Source: a virus
Length of the DNA stretch: 64,000 nt
IMG/VR virus record: IMGVR_UViG_3300037095_000059
Direction: 5' to 3' (one strand)
Of this stretch, positions 44,997-54,471 are shown piece after piece. The first letter of the stretch is position 1. Each line of letters starts with the position of its first letter. The translations under genes were made by a program, and so were the position numbers. The notes below the pieces were generated by a model. The model saw only the letters and a program-made list of their open reading frames with translations, did not search any database and was not told where the DNA came from.

Positions 44997-46136
44997 TTAG
45001 ATAGAGCGCCGACTTTTTGCAATGTGCATCTGAGTTGCCCGCCACAATGCTTGGTGGGCTTCGTCTGACATATTGTTTAAGTCCTCGGCTGAGGGCGCTG
45101 TGAGGGTCTCGGGCGGCGCGACGGGTGTTACGTCGTTTCTCCCAATTCCCAAAGCCGCTCTCGGGCGCGTCACCACTTGAACAATCCGTTCGTTGGGGCG
45201 CGGCGCAGGCAGTGCCGGTCCGTTTGACGGAACCGCTACCGGCGGAGTGGGTTCGGCCTGTGGTTCAGGCGGAATTTGTCTTGACCTCGGGGCCGTGAGT
45301 AGCAATCCATCGCTGCTCAGGTCCGCAAAAGCCTCTTCAATGTTTGAAACTGTCCATTGTCCGGCGGAGTGAAGATCGAACATATTCGCGTCGGGTTTGC
45401 CGAGCTTGAACTTGCTCAGCCAGCGGACAATGAGGTTGAAATTCTTTCCCTCTCTGTCCGGGTAATAGTCGGGGTTCCTTCGAACAAACTCCTCGCCCAC
45501 GGCCCCGGTTTCGAGGTTGGCGTCCGCGTTCGCTCCCTTTTGCGCCAAGGAGAACACTTCGTCCATTGTTACTCCCCGTGTCTTTTGCATCAGAGCATCG
45601 AAGGCAGCAGAGGGATCGGATTCCCACATGGTCTTGATCTCGAAGACTTCGTCCGCCGTCAGCTTCCGGGTAGTGGTCGCCATCTTTGGCGTGGCGGGCT
45701 GCGCGGGGGCGGGCGTTCCGAACTTCAGCTTCCCACTCAACTCCCGGATTTTCTTCGTGGCGTTCAGCTTGCCGGTCAGAACGTTAATCAGAAGCTCGTC
45801 TTTGTTCTTGCCCCAGAAGACCTCCGGTTTAGCGCCAGTGCCTGGGTCGAGCACAGCCTTCCACTGCCCTTTTTCCTTCGTGCGGGTAACGTAGGCCCCG
45901 TCTTCCAACTGAAAGACTTCCGGGCCTTCGGGCTCGGGCTCCACTACGGGAACAACGATCTCTGGTTCCGGCTGAGGATAGTTTGTAACTATCTCCGGAG
46001 TGATTAAGGGGTGCTCGTCCAAAAGGTCGGGGTTGATCTCGTCCAAGTGGGTTGCGCTAAAATCAACGTTGTTGAAAGGGTCGGGGGTGCCGTCTGAATT
46101 GAGGGCCCAGGGATCAATTACTGGTTGGTTTGCCAT
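44997..46136 (-). CDS. scaffolding protein candidate (379 aa)
   Basis: Lies between the portal-proximal genes and the capsid gene. Acidic and Pro-rich with predicted helical stretches. Called on position only. Confidence 0.4.
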   Translation of the reverse strand: MANQPVIDPWALNSDGTPDPFNNVDFSATHLDEINPDLLDEHPLITPEIVTNYPQPEPEIVVPVVEPEPEGPEVFQLEDGAYVTRTKEKGQWKAVLDPGTGAKPEVFWGKNKDELLINVLTGKLNATKKIRELSGKLKFGTPAPAQPATPKMATTTRKLTADEVFEIKTMWESDPSAAFDALMQKTRGVTMDEVFSLAQKGANADANLETGAVGEEFVRRNPDYYPDREGKNFNLIVRWLSKFKLGKPDANMFDLHSAGQWTVSNIEEAFADLSSDGLLLTAPRSRQIPPEPQAEPTPPVAVPSNGPALPAPRPNERIVQVVTRPRAALGIGRNDVTPVAPPETLTAPSAEDLNNMSDEAHQALWRATQMHIAKSRRSI

Positions 46137-46177
46137 GTCTTTCCTTCTTCCTGGAATCCCCAGGAACGCTTAGGTTT

Positions 46178-46192
46178 GTCCATTATCCGGAC
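46178..46192. repeat. 15-bp motif copy, R: gtccattatccggac
   Basis: Intergenic, between 46196..46429 and the scaffold candidate. Confidence 0.9.
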
Positions 46193-46195
46193 GGG

Positions 46196-46429
46196 TTAGT
46201 TGTAAGATTGAACTTGAGGGCCTTCGAACGTATTACAGCCGCCCGTCGTGTAAACAGGATTATAAGGCACCCAAAAAGGAATAGGATCATACGGCGAAGG
46301 ACAACCCGGCCACGGAGGGTAAGAAGGAACCGGCACCGCGTTTTTGCGTCCACAACAGGGGCAATAGCCGCAAGCAGGACATACGTGCTGTTGGCCGCTC
46401 TGATAGTTTCCCAAAGGTTCTAAAGTCAT
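46196..46429 (-). CDS. small Cys/Pro-rich protein (77 aa)
   Basis: ATG 46429 at a TAATG junction. CPACGYCPCCG. Confidence 0.4.
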   Translation of the reverse strand: MTLEPLGNYQSGQQHVCPACGYCPCCGRKNAVPVPSYPPWPGCPSPYDPIPFWVPYNPVYTTGGCNTFEGPQVQSYN

Positions 46430-46788
46430 TATGCCCCCCTCTCTTTCATTAACTGAGCTACATCCGCTGCTTTGTACGCGCCGGACAACCAAGCGGCCAC
46501 TTCTTCTGACGGGTGGTTGGCCGCCTCAATAGCCGAGTTGATGTCTTGTTGAAACTTCACAAACTGATCGTCCAAGGCAGAGGCCGCAGCGTGTACGGTC
46601 GGGACTGTGGGGTCGCCTGGGGGGAGATCGACTAAAGCTTGTACTGCCTTGTCCCTATAGTCCCGCAAAACCTGAATGACGGTTTCCCACCCGGGGTGTG
46701 TGGTGACTATGCGAAGGGCCCGGCCTTTCTCGTACAAGCCGAGTTGGGCTTCTATCTCGGAAGGTTCGTATCTCTCATCTTCCAACAT
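46429..46788 (-). CDS. hypothetical protein
   Basis: 119-aa ORF in the head module. Confidence 0.45.
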   Translation of the reverse strand: MLEDERYEPSEIEAQLGLYEKGRALRIVTTHPGWETVIQVLRDYRDKAVQALVDLPPGDPTVPTVHAAASALDDQFVKFQQDINSAIEAANHPSEEVAAWLSGAYKAADVAQLMKERGA

Positions 46789-47006
46789 TACAGTCCCCCG
46801 AGGATGTGTTCCAGGTTAACTACTCGTTTAGCGACCGGGGGCGGGGCGGAAGACAAGTTTCCTGGTCTTCCTGTCTTGACTTGGTGGGCCGCGTTGATGA
46901 GTCGCTGCAAATCGGCTTCCGACATGTTATCGAATTCGGTGCCCAGAATTCTGGCATCGGTGCTAGTATTTACTTGAAAATTGGGTTGGTACGTTGTACT
47001 AGACAT
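46788..47006 (-). CDS. hypothetical protein (72 aa)
   Basis: ATG 47006 chosen to limit overlap with 46999..47364. Confidence 0.4.
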   Translation of the reverse strand: MSSTTYQPNFQVNTSTDARILGTEFDNMSEADLQRLINAAHQVKTGRPGNLSSAPPPVAKRVVNLEHILGGL

Positions 47007-47364
47007 TCTCGGCCCCCCGTTTCCAGGGCTTATAGGCGTCCTGACCGGAGCATCCATCCCAACTAAACCCGCAAGGCGCTCCGCTGCCGTCTCTGTCGGA
47101 GACCACTAGATCATACAGCCAGCTATCTTTTGACTTGCTTGGTCGTATCTTAGCCGCGAAGTATTTATCCACGAAAGCCGCTGGGTTCTTCTTGGCTTCC
47201 CCGTAGGCTGTTCCCGCAAGCAGCAAGGCTGTGATCTGAGAGTCCGAGTATTCTTCTAAAGAACTCGGCCTAATCTTTACACCCCGAAATTCAAGCCAGC
47301 GGTATTTGAGGCGTAACTTGGCAAGTCTAAGGCGCTTCCAAAGGTCTTCAAACCAATTCTTCAT
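46999..47364 (-). CDS. hypothetical protein
   Basis: 121-aa ORF. GAGAGGAAA RBS. Motif copy 47406 lies in its upstream spacer. Confidence 0.45.
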   Translation of the reverse strand: MKNWFEDLWKRLRLAKLRLKYRWLEFRGVKIRPSSLEEYSDSQITALLLAGTAYGEAKKNPAAFVDKYFAAKIRPSKSKDSWLYDLVVSDRDGSGAPCGFSWDGCSGQDAYKPWKRGAENV

Positions 47365-47405
47365 TCAATTTCCTCTCGGCAATCCGCCGAAACGGGTAGG
47401 TTGTT

Positions 47406-47420
47406 GTCCGGGAAATGGAC
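47406..47420. repeat. 15-bp motif copy, F: gtccgggaaatggac
   Basis: Intergenic, 3 nt after the portal stop. Confidence 0.85.
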
Positions 47421-47423
47421 GGC

Positions 47424-49508
47424 TTACGCCTGACTCCCAAACCCGGTCGTCTGAGTGTCCGGAGAGCCGGAAAGTTCTTCCGGTTCCACTGCTTTCTTGA
47501 AGGTCTCGCGGAGTACGTCACGCGCGGCGCGAGCCGTGTTGTCGGCATCCGCTTGCTGTTGCTGAGCCGCTGATTTCTGAGCGAGCAGAGCTTGCTGCGC
47601 CTGGAACTTTTGTTGCAGAACCCCGCCCTGGCTTTGCTGTTGCTGTCTCTGCAAGTCCTTGGGCGTCATCGGAACAACAACATCGTTCTGATTTTTCCAG
47701 TCGCTGGCTTCAAACCACATGCGAACTATCTCGTTTACGTCAATCTTCTTGCCTTCGACCGCAAGCTGTTCTACGATGGCGGGGTTGGACAGGAACTGTG
47801 ATAGCATGGGCAAGCCCTGGGCCATGTTTCGGCGGGTCTGCATTTTGCTTCCAGCCAGTATCGCAAACTTGACTTTGGCATTCAGGATGTCGATCAAGTC
47901 GCCGCCCTGCGTCACATAGTCGTGCTTCAACTCCTCGCTCATAATCCAATCAAGCTGAGAAAGCGGAAGCATCATCTGGTTCATTTCCTGCATATCATAT
48001 AGAAACGGAACGATAACCTGGTTGGCAATTTTGTCCACGAATTCGGAGACGGGGGTGCTTGCGCCTTGCAGCAAGCCTTGGGCTCCGGCAGAGGATCGAG
48101 CGAGATTTGAGTGTCCGCTTGCTCCCGATACCCCTTGCCCGCTCATTGAGCTATTTCCCGATACCGAGTCTACTCGGCTTTGGGACATGCCCAAGATTTG
48201 TCCAGCCTCGGGGACTGGGTCTCCAAATTTGAGGACCTCTAAATCTCCCTTGGTATCCACTTCTATCATCTTGGCGGGTCCGATGCGCACGCTCTGCGTC
48301 GGGATGCTCTTGCCTCGCACGCGGACAAACGGGGCTTGCAACTTCAAACTTACTGTATCAAGCAGCAGGTTTGTGGTTCCGGTTTGCAGGCGTTGTTCCG
48401 TGCCCACGGTCCGGCCCAAACCCATGCCCCAGAAACTTCCGGGGCTGTCCCACCAGCCAATGCTGAGGAACGGAATCTTGCCGTAGACGTTCTTGTCGTT
48501 GTAGATGACAAGTTTCTTTTGCAGGACGATGATGTAGGTTTTATTGTCCCACCGCTCCAAAACCTCTAGGGGTTTTTGGAAAGGATCGGCAGTCGTCTCT
48601 TCCCACCGGGATTCAGCCCTTGCGTCATACAAGGGATTTCTTCCTTCTTCCTCTTGGATGTTGGACTCAACAGGCTCCTGTGGGGGGAAGAACAATTCGA
48701 GGAGTTTTTCCCTTGAAGGAATATCATAGCCTTCCCGGTCGCGCAGCTTGTCCAGGTCATCCCACGTCATGTAGCGGCGGCGGATAACATACTTCGCTTT
48801 GCGAATGTCCGGCACGTTTAGTCCGGGGTCCACCAAGACTTCTTTCAGGTTGACGATGTGCTCGAAGGTGGGTCGGTCTATGACCTCTTCTATGATGTCT
48901 TCTTCTAACTCATCGTCCCCAATCGTAGTATCGGGGGCTCCGGGGATCGCGCTCTTGATTGTTACCGAAGGTGTTTTGCGCTTGACTATTTTGCGCTCAC
49001 GTGTGAACTTTTCCCATCCTTCCTGGAATATGGCCGTGCCAAACAACAGGCAGTTTGCCATTCCCAAGCGCAGTTCTTCCCTGAAGTTGATGTCTTCCAG
49101 TTGGAAACCGAGCAACGCTTTTACTGCTCGGGCACATTGCGAACTTGTTCCCGGTCTTTCCTGAGCGAGGAATGGTGGGTTCTCGTAGAACAACCCGGCC
49201 AGGGCTTGGGGATTTATGCCGTTGACAGCGAGCGCGACCGTGAAGAAATTGACGGAGGCGGCTTCGAGTTGAGTGCCAGGCCAGTATCGAGCAACGAACT
49301 GCGAGTTATACAGATCGCGGGCCGTCGCAAATTGAAGAATCCATTGGCGACGATTTTCTTCCTGCTCCGCTCTTTCAGTATCCTGAATAACCAGTTTCAA
49401 ACTGGCATTCTCTTCGGAGGCCCAGGACCCGACAGAAAGGAAGGACTTCGCTTCTTTGAGCGTTATGTCTTGGTGCGGATTAGGTACGGGCTCTGGAAGA
49501 ATGCTCAT
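47424..49508 (-). CDS. portal protein candidate
   Basis: 694-aa ORF just downstream of the large terminase. Size and position are typical. Q-rich C-terminus. No search was run. Confidence 0.55.
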   Translation of the reverse strand: MSILPEPVPNPHQDITLKEAKSFLSVGSWASEENASLKLVIQDTERAEQEENRRQWILQFATARDLYNSQFVARYWPGTQLEAASVNFFTVALAVNGINPQALAGLFYENPPFLAQERPGTSSQCARAVKALLGFQLEDINFREELRLGMANCLLFGTAIFQEGWEKFTRERKIVKRKTPSVTIKSAIPGAPDTTIGDDELEEDIIEEVIDRPTFEHIVNLKEVLVDPGLNVPDIRKAKYVIRRRYMTWDDLDKLRDREGYDIPSREKLLELFFPPQEPVESNIQEEEGRNPLYDARAESRWEETTADPFQKPLEVLERWDNKTYIIVLQKKLVIYNDKNVYGKIPFLSIGWWDSPGSFWGMGLGRTVGTEQRLQTGTTNLLLDTVSLKLQAPFVRVRGKSIPTQSVRIGPAKMIEVDTKGDLEVLKFGDPVPEAGQILGMSQSRVDSVSGNSSMSGQGVSGASGHSNLARSSAGAQGLLQGASTPVSEFVDKIANQVIVPFLYDMQEMNQMMLPLSQLDWIMSEELKHDYVTQGGDLIDILNAKVKFAILAGSKMQTRRNMAQGLPMLSQFLSNPAIVEQLAVEGKKIDVNEIVRMWFEASDWKNQNDVVVPMTPKDLQRQQQQSQGGVLQQKFQAQQALLAQKSAAQQQQADADNTARAARDVLRETFKKAVEPEELSGSPDTQTTGFGSQA

Positions 49509-49546
49509 CTTTCCCCTTGTCGTTCAATATTCAAGAATATAGAATA

Positions 49547-49561
49547 GTCCATTAACCGGAC
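49547..49561. repeat. 15-bp motif copy, R: gtccattaaccggac
   Basis: Intergenic, upstream of the portal. Overlaps the stop of 49561..49830. Confidence 0.9.
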
Positions 49562-49830
49562 TACTCGCAGTCGTGGCTTCCGGAAGTTAGGTTCACGGAA
49601 CAAGCGACTTTCACCGCTGTTCCGGCATCCGCCGAACTTGAGCCAACCTTGAAGTCGGAAGCGGTCACGTCGTTATTGACGTTCTGTGTCGGGGATTGTT
49701 TGACCAACTGGCCTTCGCCAGATGAAGAACCTTCGGCTCCGGTAGGGCCTACGGCAGGATAGTCAGACGGCTTGGAATCACGAGGATTTTCGAGATTGCC
49801 GCCACTTTTTACTAGAGTTCCAACAGCCAT
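49561..49830 (-). CDS. hypothetical protein (89 aa)
   Basis: ATG 49830 sits 3 nt after the stop of the upstream gene. Confidence 0.4.
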   Translation of the reverse strand: MAVGTLVKSGGNLENPRDSKPSDYPAVGPTGAEGSSSGEGQLVKQSPTQNVNNDVTASDFKVGSSSADAGTAVKVACSVNLTSGSHDCE

Positions 49831-49832
49831 TT

Positions 49833-50225
49833 TTAACCTCTTGATGTAGGCGCGAAGCCCAGGGTTGAGTTGTTCGTTAATTGTGGTGTCGGGGCAGACG
49901 CGCCCCACATGCTTATGGGCTTAGCCCCTTGTTGTTTAGGGAGAAGCCCGGGAGGAAAGTTCGGAGGAAGCGCCGGTCCATTATTCGGACCAGGGGGCGG
50001 GGTCGTCCACCCGTTGGGGCGGTCTACTTTGAGATGCGGCTGAAACGTAATTCCGAAGATTTCATACGTTCCGTTGTTTTCCACGTCCGAGGCGTTGCGC
50101 GGCATTTTGCTTATGAGCCGCTGTCCGATAGGTATGTTCCACCGGCTAGGAGTAGACAGGTGGTCCGCGTCGTGTGTGTAGAGGACCGTTCCGTCATCAT
50201 CTTGGATTTCTACGTGGAGTTTCAT
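49833..50225 (-). CDS. hypothetical protein
   Basis: 130-aa ORF with an ATGA-type junction to the terminase. Motif copy 49976 is read as PGPNNGP. Confidence 0.4.
   Translation of the reverse strand: MKLHVEIQDDDGTVLYTHDADHLSTPSRWNIPIGQRLISKMPRNASDVENNGTYEIFGITFQPHLKVDRPNGWTTPPPGPNNGPALPPNFPPGLLPKQQGAKPISMWGASAPTPQLTNNSTLGFAPTSRG
49976..49990. repeat. 15-bp motif copy, R: gtccattattcggac
   Basis: Inside ORF 49833..50225. Read as GPNNGP. Confidence 0.85.
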
Positions 50226-52261
50226 TAACCAAATATACCAGCGCCCAAAATGTTAGGCATTCCGTGGGGGGTTCCCGACCAAACTTCTGGTTCGGGGGAG
50301 AACATATCAGAAACAACAGGTTCCGGCTGAGCACTCACGATGTTCCCGTTTTCGTCCAGGTACGAGCCTTTCCTTGCCATGTACTCTTCGTCAAACAATT
50401 GACCCCAGCCCTGTCGGTCGATATTGAAGAACATCTCCGTGCTGTTTTCGACTATGGCTTGAGTCGCCCTCGGCGCGTAGCGAGGTTGGTATCCGAGGTT
50501 GTCTGGAATATCATCGTGGTGGTGACTGGACATGCAGGCTTGGAATTCTTTGTAAAGAGCGTCCAGGGTTGGATACTTCGGCTGCATCGCAAAATTAGCG
50601 AACTTCAGTCTGCCTTCTTGAATCCAGGGGAGCAAACTGCCCATGCGAATTTTCTTGGCGTCCTTCTCGTTGCTGGGGGTTACCCAATCTATGTGCGTGC
50701 AAACCGCAATAACATAAGGATCGCCTGTCTTTTGCGCCTCGGCGTGGATGGCGGGCTCTAAGTTCTTGGAGCCGCCCGCGTCTTCTATCCCAAGGATGAA
50801 AGGTCGTTCTTCCACGACAAGTTGGACAATGGCTTGGGCCGCCGAGAAAGGGTTGAATCGGTCCCGAATGACTTTTCGAACATAGCCTACGGTTTTGCGT
50901 GCTCCGGTTCTCTTCTCAACAGAGTCAAGTACGTCTTCTTCCCCCCACATTACAGAGCTTCCAACGCAGTAGTCGGTGCCTTTCTTTTCGCTGAAGGACA
51001 AGTCCCAAAACTGGGATACTGGGCCCTGGCGCGGCAGCATGTGATAAGGAACCGTAGCGCGTAGAAGGGAAGGCAGGTCGAAGACCACCGAGCTTGCGGT
51101 CCTGGGGTTCTGATTTAGCTGCCCCTCGAAGACCCTCTCGTTGTTCGCGTACTCGCCCATCAACCAGGGATAGGGTTGCTTTTTGGGAAGCAGGAGTATG
51201 CAGCCGTCTTCTCCGGCCTCGATGTAATTTACCGGCTTACCTTCGCGTCGGAGCCGTTCTTCAACTTCTGGATTGATCTGACAGGCTTTGCCAATCAGTA
51301 TTTTAATGGCGTAGGTTTTGTTGTAAGTGAGCGTCCAACCAACTCCGGTCGTGGTTTCGATCTCGCCGTTGGTTAGGTACTTGTCGAGCAAAATCCCATA
51401 ATGATCTTCTTCCGCATAGCGGGTTCCCACGTAGTCTTTGTAAAAACCGCCAGGCATCAGCAGCTTTTCGGAAAGAAACAGCTTCTCCGACACGGTGGAA
51501 CACTGTTCCGAGGTTTCAGTATTCTTGTCCGAAACGGCGTCGTCTGACTTGATGACTTCGTAGTGCCACCCGGATTTAGTCTTTCCCACAGAGGAAGCAA
51601 CAACCGTCGGCTCTTTGCGGCCCGTCTTTTTGGCCTTGTATACCGGGGTTGTAAAAAGGGTTCCAGCCCCCATATCTTTGGGCAAGCAGCAATGTTCGGG
51701 AAAGAATAGATTGAAGAGAGTCGGAGCGTCTTCTCTCAGAGTAAAATACCCTTTCAATTCTCCGGTAAAGCCCTTGGACAGCGTGGCTTCGGCAGTTTGG
51801 TACAGGATTCTAAGTACGGGAAAAGCTATAATCCATTGAAGGGCGTCGATATGGTCATACGACGATTTTGCGCCGCCACGCGGCCAGAGCAAAACTCGGG
51901 TCTTAACCGGGTCCTGATCCTGAATGGATTTGGTTGGGTCCTTCTTAACGAACAACTCAGCGAAAATGTCGTACTGCGGGTCGAGGAAGATGTTCTCTGA
52001 AATCGGGACTTCGCCCCCGTTGCTCACGGACATGGAGTCCCACAAGAAATACTTTGCCAGCCACTTCAGGTCTGCGATGCTGCGCCTGCGAACTTCCTTG
52101 CCCAGGTTGGAATTGGGGATGTGGTCCGAGCCCAGCTTGGACATGTTGACCAGGTCCTGCTTGCCGCCCTGAAGGAGGTCATAGAGCGCGTCATCGGGGA
52201 TTAGCTCGTACCCACCGTATTGGTCATAGAGCGCGTCTATTTGGTCAGAGAAACTAAGCAT
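50225..52261 (-). CDS. terL: terminase large subunit
   Basis: 678 aa. Walker-A-like WPRGGAKSS, acidic Walker-B-like IKSDDAV, C-terminal nuclease-like ILGIEDAGG. Sits upstream of the portal. Confidence 0.65.
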   Translation of the reverse strand: MLSFSDQIDALYDQYGGYELIPDDALYDLLQGGKQDLVNMSKLGSDHIPNSNLGKEVRRRSIADLKWLAKYFLWDSMSVSNGGEVPISENIFLDPQYDIFAELFVKKDPTKSIQDQDPVKTRVLLWPRGGAKSSYDHIDALQWIIAFPVLRILYQTAEATLSKGFTGELKGYFTLREDAPTLFNLFFPEHCCLPKDMGAGTLFTTPVYKAKKTGRKEPTVVASSVGKTKSGWHYEVIKSDDAVSDKNTETSEQCSTVSEKLFLSEKLLMPGGFYKDYVGTRYAEEDHYGILLDKYLTNGEIETTTGVGWTLTYNKTYAIKILIGKACQINPEVEERLRREGKPVNYIEAGEDGCILLLPKKQPYPWLMGEYANNERVFEGQLNQNPRTASSVVFDLPSLLRATVPYHMLPRQGPVSQFWDLSFSEKKGTDYCVGSSVMWGEEDVLDSVEKRTGARKTVGYVRKVIRDRFNPFSAAQAIVQLVVEERPFILGIEDAGGSKNLEPAIHAEAQKTGDPYVIAVCTHIDWVTPSNEKDAKKIRMGSLLPWIQEGRLKFANFAMQPKYPTLDALYKEFQACMSSHHHDDIPDNLGYQPRYAPRATQAIVENSTEMFFNIDRQGWGQLFDEEYMARKGSYLDENGNIVSAQPEPVVSDMFSPEPEVWSGTPHGMPNILGAGIFG

Positions 52262-52265
52262 AGTT

Positions 52266-52280
52266 GTCCGGGTAATGGAC
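52266..52280. repeat. 15-bp motif copy, F: gtccgggtaatggac
   Basis: Intergenic, 4 nt upstream of the terminase ATG. Confidence 0.9.
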
Positions 52281-52444
52281 TATTTCTTCTTGGCTTTCTT
52301 GGGGAGCGGGATTTTAGCCCCCTCTTTCCGGGCGTATGAAATTTCAATTGCCCGGGCTTGGGCCGCGTTTTTGACGATGGGGCCGCCTTTTCCCGAGTGC
52401 AGTTTTCCGGCTCTAAAATCCGTCATTATTTCTTTGGCTGGCAT
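52280..52444 (-). CDS. small basic protein (54 aa, DUF6496-like)
   Basis: MPAKEIMTDFRAGKLHSGKGGPIVKNAAQARAIEISYARKEG. Its TAG stop abuts motif copy 52266. Confidence 0.4.
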   Translation of the reverse strand: MPAKEIMTDFRAGKLHSGKGGPIVKNAAQARAIEISYARKEGAKIPLPKKAKKK

Positions 52445-52611
52445 TCGTTCTCCAAGTCTTTGAGAATAAGATCGGCAAAAGCCGCCTCGTTCTCGTGCTC
52501 CAGGGCGACAGCTTTGTATCCGTTTTCTCGGGCGTACACGGCGGCTACTAAAGATTTGTGCCGATGTCCAAGAACAAATAGTCTGATTCTTTCCAAAGAC
52601 TCAGATGTCAT
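52426..52611 (-). CDS. hypothetical protein (61 aa)
   Basis: ORF-track ORF. 19-nt overlap with the next gene. Confidence 0.35.
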   Translation of the reverse strand: MTSESLERIRLFVLGHRHKSLVAAVYARENGYKAVALEHENEAAFADLILKDLENECQPKK

Positions 52612-52620
52612 ACGCCTCTT

Positions 52621-52640
52621 GTTAGAGCTTGTTAGAGCTT
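52621..52640. repeat. tandem 10-bp duplication gttagagctt x2
   Basis: Direct read. The second copy carries the stop codon of 52632..52787. Confidence 0.8.
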
Positions 52641-52787
52641 CTTTGCAACCGCAGTTTCGATGCCCTTCAAGCGGGCTTCAATGGTGGTTTCCAAACTTGC
52701 GACAGCGGCGGCCAACTGCTTCGAAAAGTAGTGACCCCCGACGAATCCGACGATAGCCGACAATACTGCTGTGTAAACGTAGTCCAT
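52632..52787 (-). CDS. small membrane protein (51 aa)
   Basis: MDYVYTAVLSAIVGFVGGHYF TM segment followed by a helical tail. Possible lysis-cassette member. Confidence 0.35.
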   Translation of the reverse strand: MDYVYTAVLSAIVGFVGGHYFSKQLAAAVASLETTIEARLKGIETAVAKKL

Positions 52788-52806
52788 TTGTTCTCCTATG
52801 GTGCTG

Positions 52807-53132
52807 TTATGGTGCTGGTGTGGTGGGTGGTTGAACTTGCTGGGTTGCGTTCGGTGCCCGGTTGTTCACGGCGTCCGCGCTGTATTTCAAACCGGCAAGC
52901 ACTCCGCAAAGCATAGTGGCGAACGTTCCGACCGACCCGACAAAAGTAACGATGTCAGTGACCGAGATGGCCCCGTGGAGTTTGTAAATCAGGCAGCTAA
53001 TCCAGGACAGGGCCGCTGTCACCACCATCAAGATACAAACCTTAGTGTTGCTAACCGTCCCGTCTTTGTCAGACAACTGCGACCGCAGGAACCCCGCCGC
53101 CCAGTTGCCGCCTAATGTTGAAGTTCCGTTCA
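52807..53132 (-). CDS. holin-like protein with two TM segments
   Basis: ATG 53132 abuts the upstream stop. TM segments VCILMVVTAALSWISCLIY and IVTFVGSVGTFATMLCGVLAGL. Confidence 0.4.
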
Positions 53133-53765
53133 TTACTTTTTCCCAAGGGCATAGGCCGTGCCACCCGCGACAACAGCCGTAATCCCGATGATTTTTGCGT
53201 CGTGCCGGAACCTCTGCCAAAACGTACCGCCTTTAAGCGCGGTCTTATAGGCATCCCGTTGGGTAGTAGTTTCTTTCAGTTCGTCCACAGTCGTTGCTTG
53301 AGTAAGAGTACACGCTGAGAGTTTCGCGCTGTTTTCTTCGCAGTTAATGGCGTAGTCCTGAAGGGTCTTCAAATCCACGGCAGGAATCTGAACTACAGGA
53401 GCAGACGGAACTTCCGTTGGTTTTCCGTTCACGACTTGTTGCGTCGGAGGAGGAGTAACCACTTGCAAGGGCTGAGCCAGATTGGGAAACAACTTGGAGG
53501 CCGAAATGACAATCTGCTGCGGAGTCGCTGGGAGGCTTCTTGCTGATTCCAAATCGGACAGTCTTGCCGCCAAGTCTGTTTGAACTTTGGCTGCGTTAGC
53601 TTTGTCCGCCTGAATCTGCGTCTGGGCAGTAGCCACCGTTGCCTCGGCCTTGATGCGGGCGTCGTGCTCTTGTAACCATTCGTAGGCACCAAAGATCAGA
53701 ACCGCAGCGACGACAGCGGTAACGATCCAGCCCAGCTTCGAACTTGGAACGACGGTGGTTGTCAT
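53133..53765 (-). CDS. N-terminally anchored coiled-coil protein (Rz/i-spanin-like candidate)
   Basis: TM segment WIVTAVVAAVLIFGAY, then a long A/Q/K-rich helix. Confidence 0.35.
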   Translation of the reverse strand: MTTTVVPSSKLGWIVTAVVAAVLIFGAYEWLQEHDARIKAEATVATAQTQIQADKANAAKVQTDLAARLSDLESARSLPATPQQIVISASKLFPNLAQPLQVVTPPPTQQVVNGKPTEVPSAPVVQIPAVDLKTLQDYAINCEENSAKLSACTLTQATTVDELKETTTQRDAYKTALKGGTFWQRFRHDAKIIGITAVVAGGTAYALGKK

Positions 53766-54140
53766 TTACATTCCTTGCTGCGGCGCGGGAGCCGGGGGTC
53801 CGCCCGGTCCGGGGGCTGCCGCTCCTGCGGCTGCGGGTCCTGCTTGAGACATATCCGGAGAAGGAGCGGCCTGCGGAACGGGGGCCTGATCTCCCATGTT
53901 GGCATCCATGTGCGAATGCAAGGCTTCGAGGTCTGGGAGGACATGCTCTTCATCCGGCTCGGGAGCCGTGTCGGGAGAGTTGGGGTCTGCGTCGTGAATA
54001 TGCTTGGCGATAAAGCCGCCAGACTTACCGCGCCGGATATGAATTTCCTTTGGGTGCTTCTTGGTCTTCGACTTCTTGGAGGACTTCTTGCTGCCCCCGC
54101 TCATTGCGGAATGAGCCCGGGATGTTTTTTCTTCTGCCAT
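53766..54140 (-). CDS. hypothetical low-complexity protein
   Basis: 124 aa. K/S-rich N-terminus and P/A-rich C-terminus. Motif copy 54159 lies 19 nt upstream of the ATG. Confidence 0.4.
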   Translation of the reverse strand: MAEEKTSRAHSAMSGGSKKSSKKSKTKKHPKEIHIRRGKSGGFIAKHIHDADPNSPDTAPEPDEEHVLPDLEALHSHMDANMGDQAPVPQAAPSPDMSQAGPAAAGAAAPGPGGPPAPAPQQGM

Positions 54141-54158
54141 ATTGGTTTCCTTTGTGCT

Positions 54159-54173
54159 GTCCGGGTAATGGAC
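54159..54173. repeat. 15-bp motif copy, F: gtccgggtaatggac
   Basis: Intergenic, upstream of 53766..54140. Confidence 0.9.
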
Positions 54174-54191
54174 GGGGTTAGAAAAAGTCGG

Positions 54192-54305
54192 TTACTTTTT
54201 CTTTGCGATAGCTTTCAAACCTGTGGCTACCTGTTGGGGCGAGCCCTTCAGCTTGATTTTGATCTTGGCCTCTGGGGCCTTGACTGACGGTTTCTTCGTG
54301 GTCAT
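54192..54305 (-). CDS. small Lys-rich protein (37 aa)
   Basis: MTTKKPSVKAPEAKIKIKLKG... Weak call. Confidence 0.25.
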   Translation of the reverse strand: MTTKKPSVKAPEAKIKIKLKGSPQQVATGLKAIAKKK

Positions 54306-54403
54306 GTGTTTCTCCTGTTGTACCTCTGGTCTATTGTCGCGTGAAATCTCCTCGGCCAGCATCATCTCTCCTGGCCGCTTCCCTGGCCCGTTGTTGCGCC
54401 GCC

Positions 54404-54471
54404 CCGATTACTGGATATGCAGCGCGTCCGTGTTCTGATTTCATGCCCTAGTTTCCGTCGCAGTGATAGAA
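54404..54471. repeat. 68-bp exact repeat (copy 2)
   Basis: Identical to 30945..31012. Confidence 0.9.

Noticed and set aside
52275-52463. Plus-strand ORF 52275..52463 (MDYFFLAF...), starting in motif copy 52266.
   Set aside because: It is antisense to the better-supported minus-strand 54-aa DUF6496-like gene. Its start arises only because the motif contains ATGGAC.
52621-52640. CRISPR array or other spacer-repeat structure.
   Set aside because: The only local direct repeat is a single 10-bp tandem duplication. No regularly spaced repeats exist anywhere in the window.
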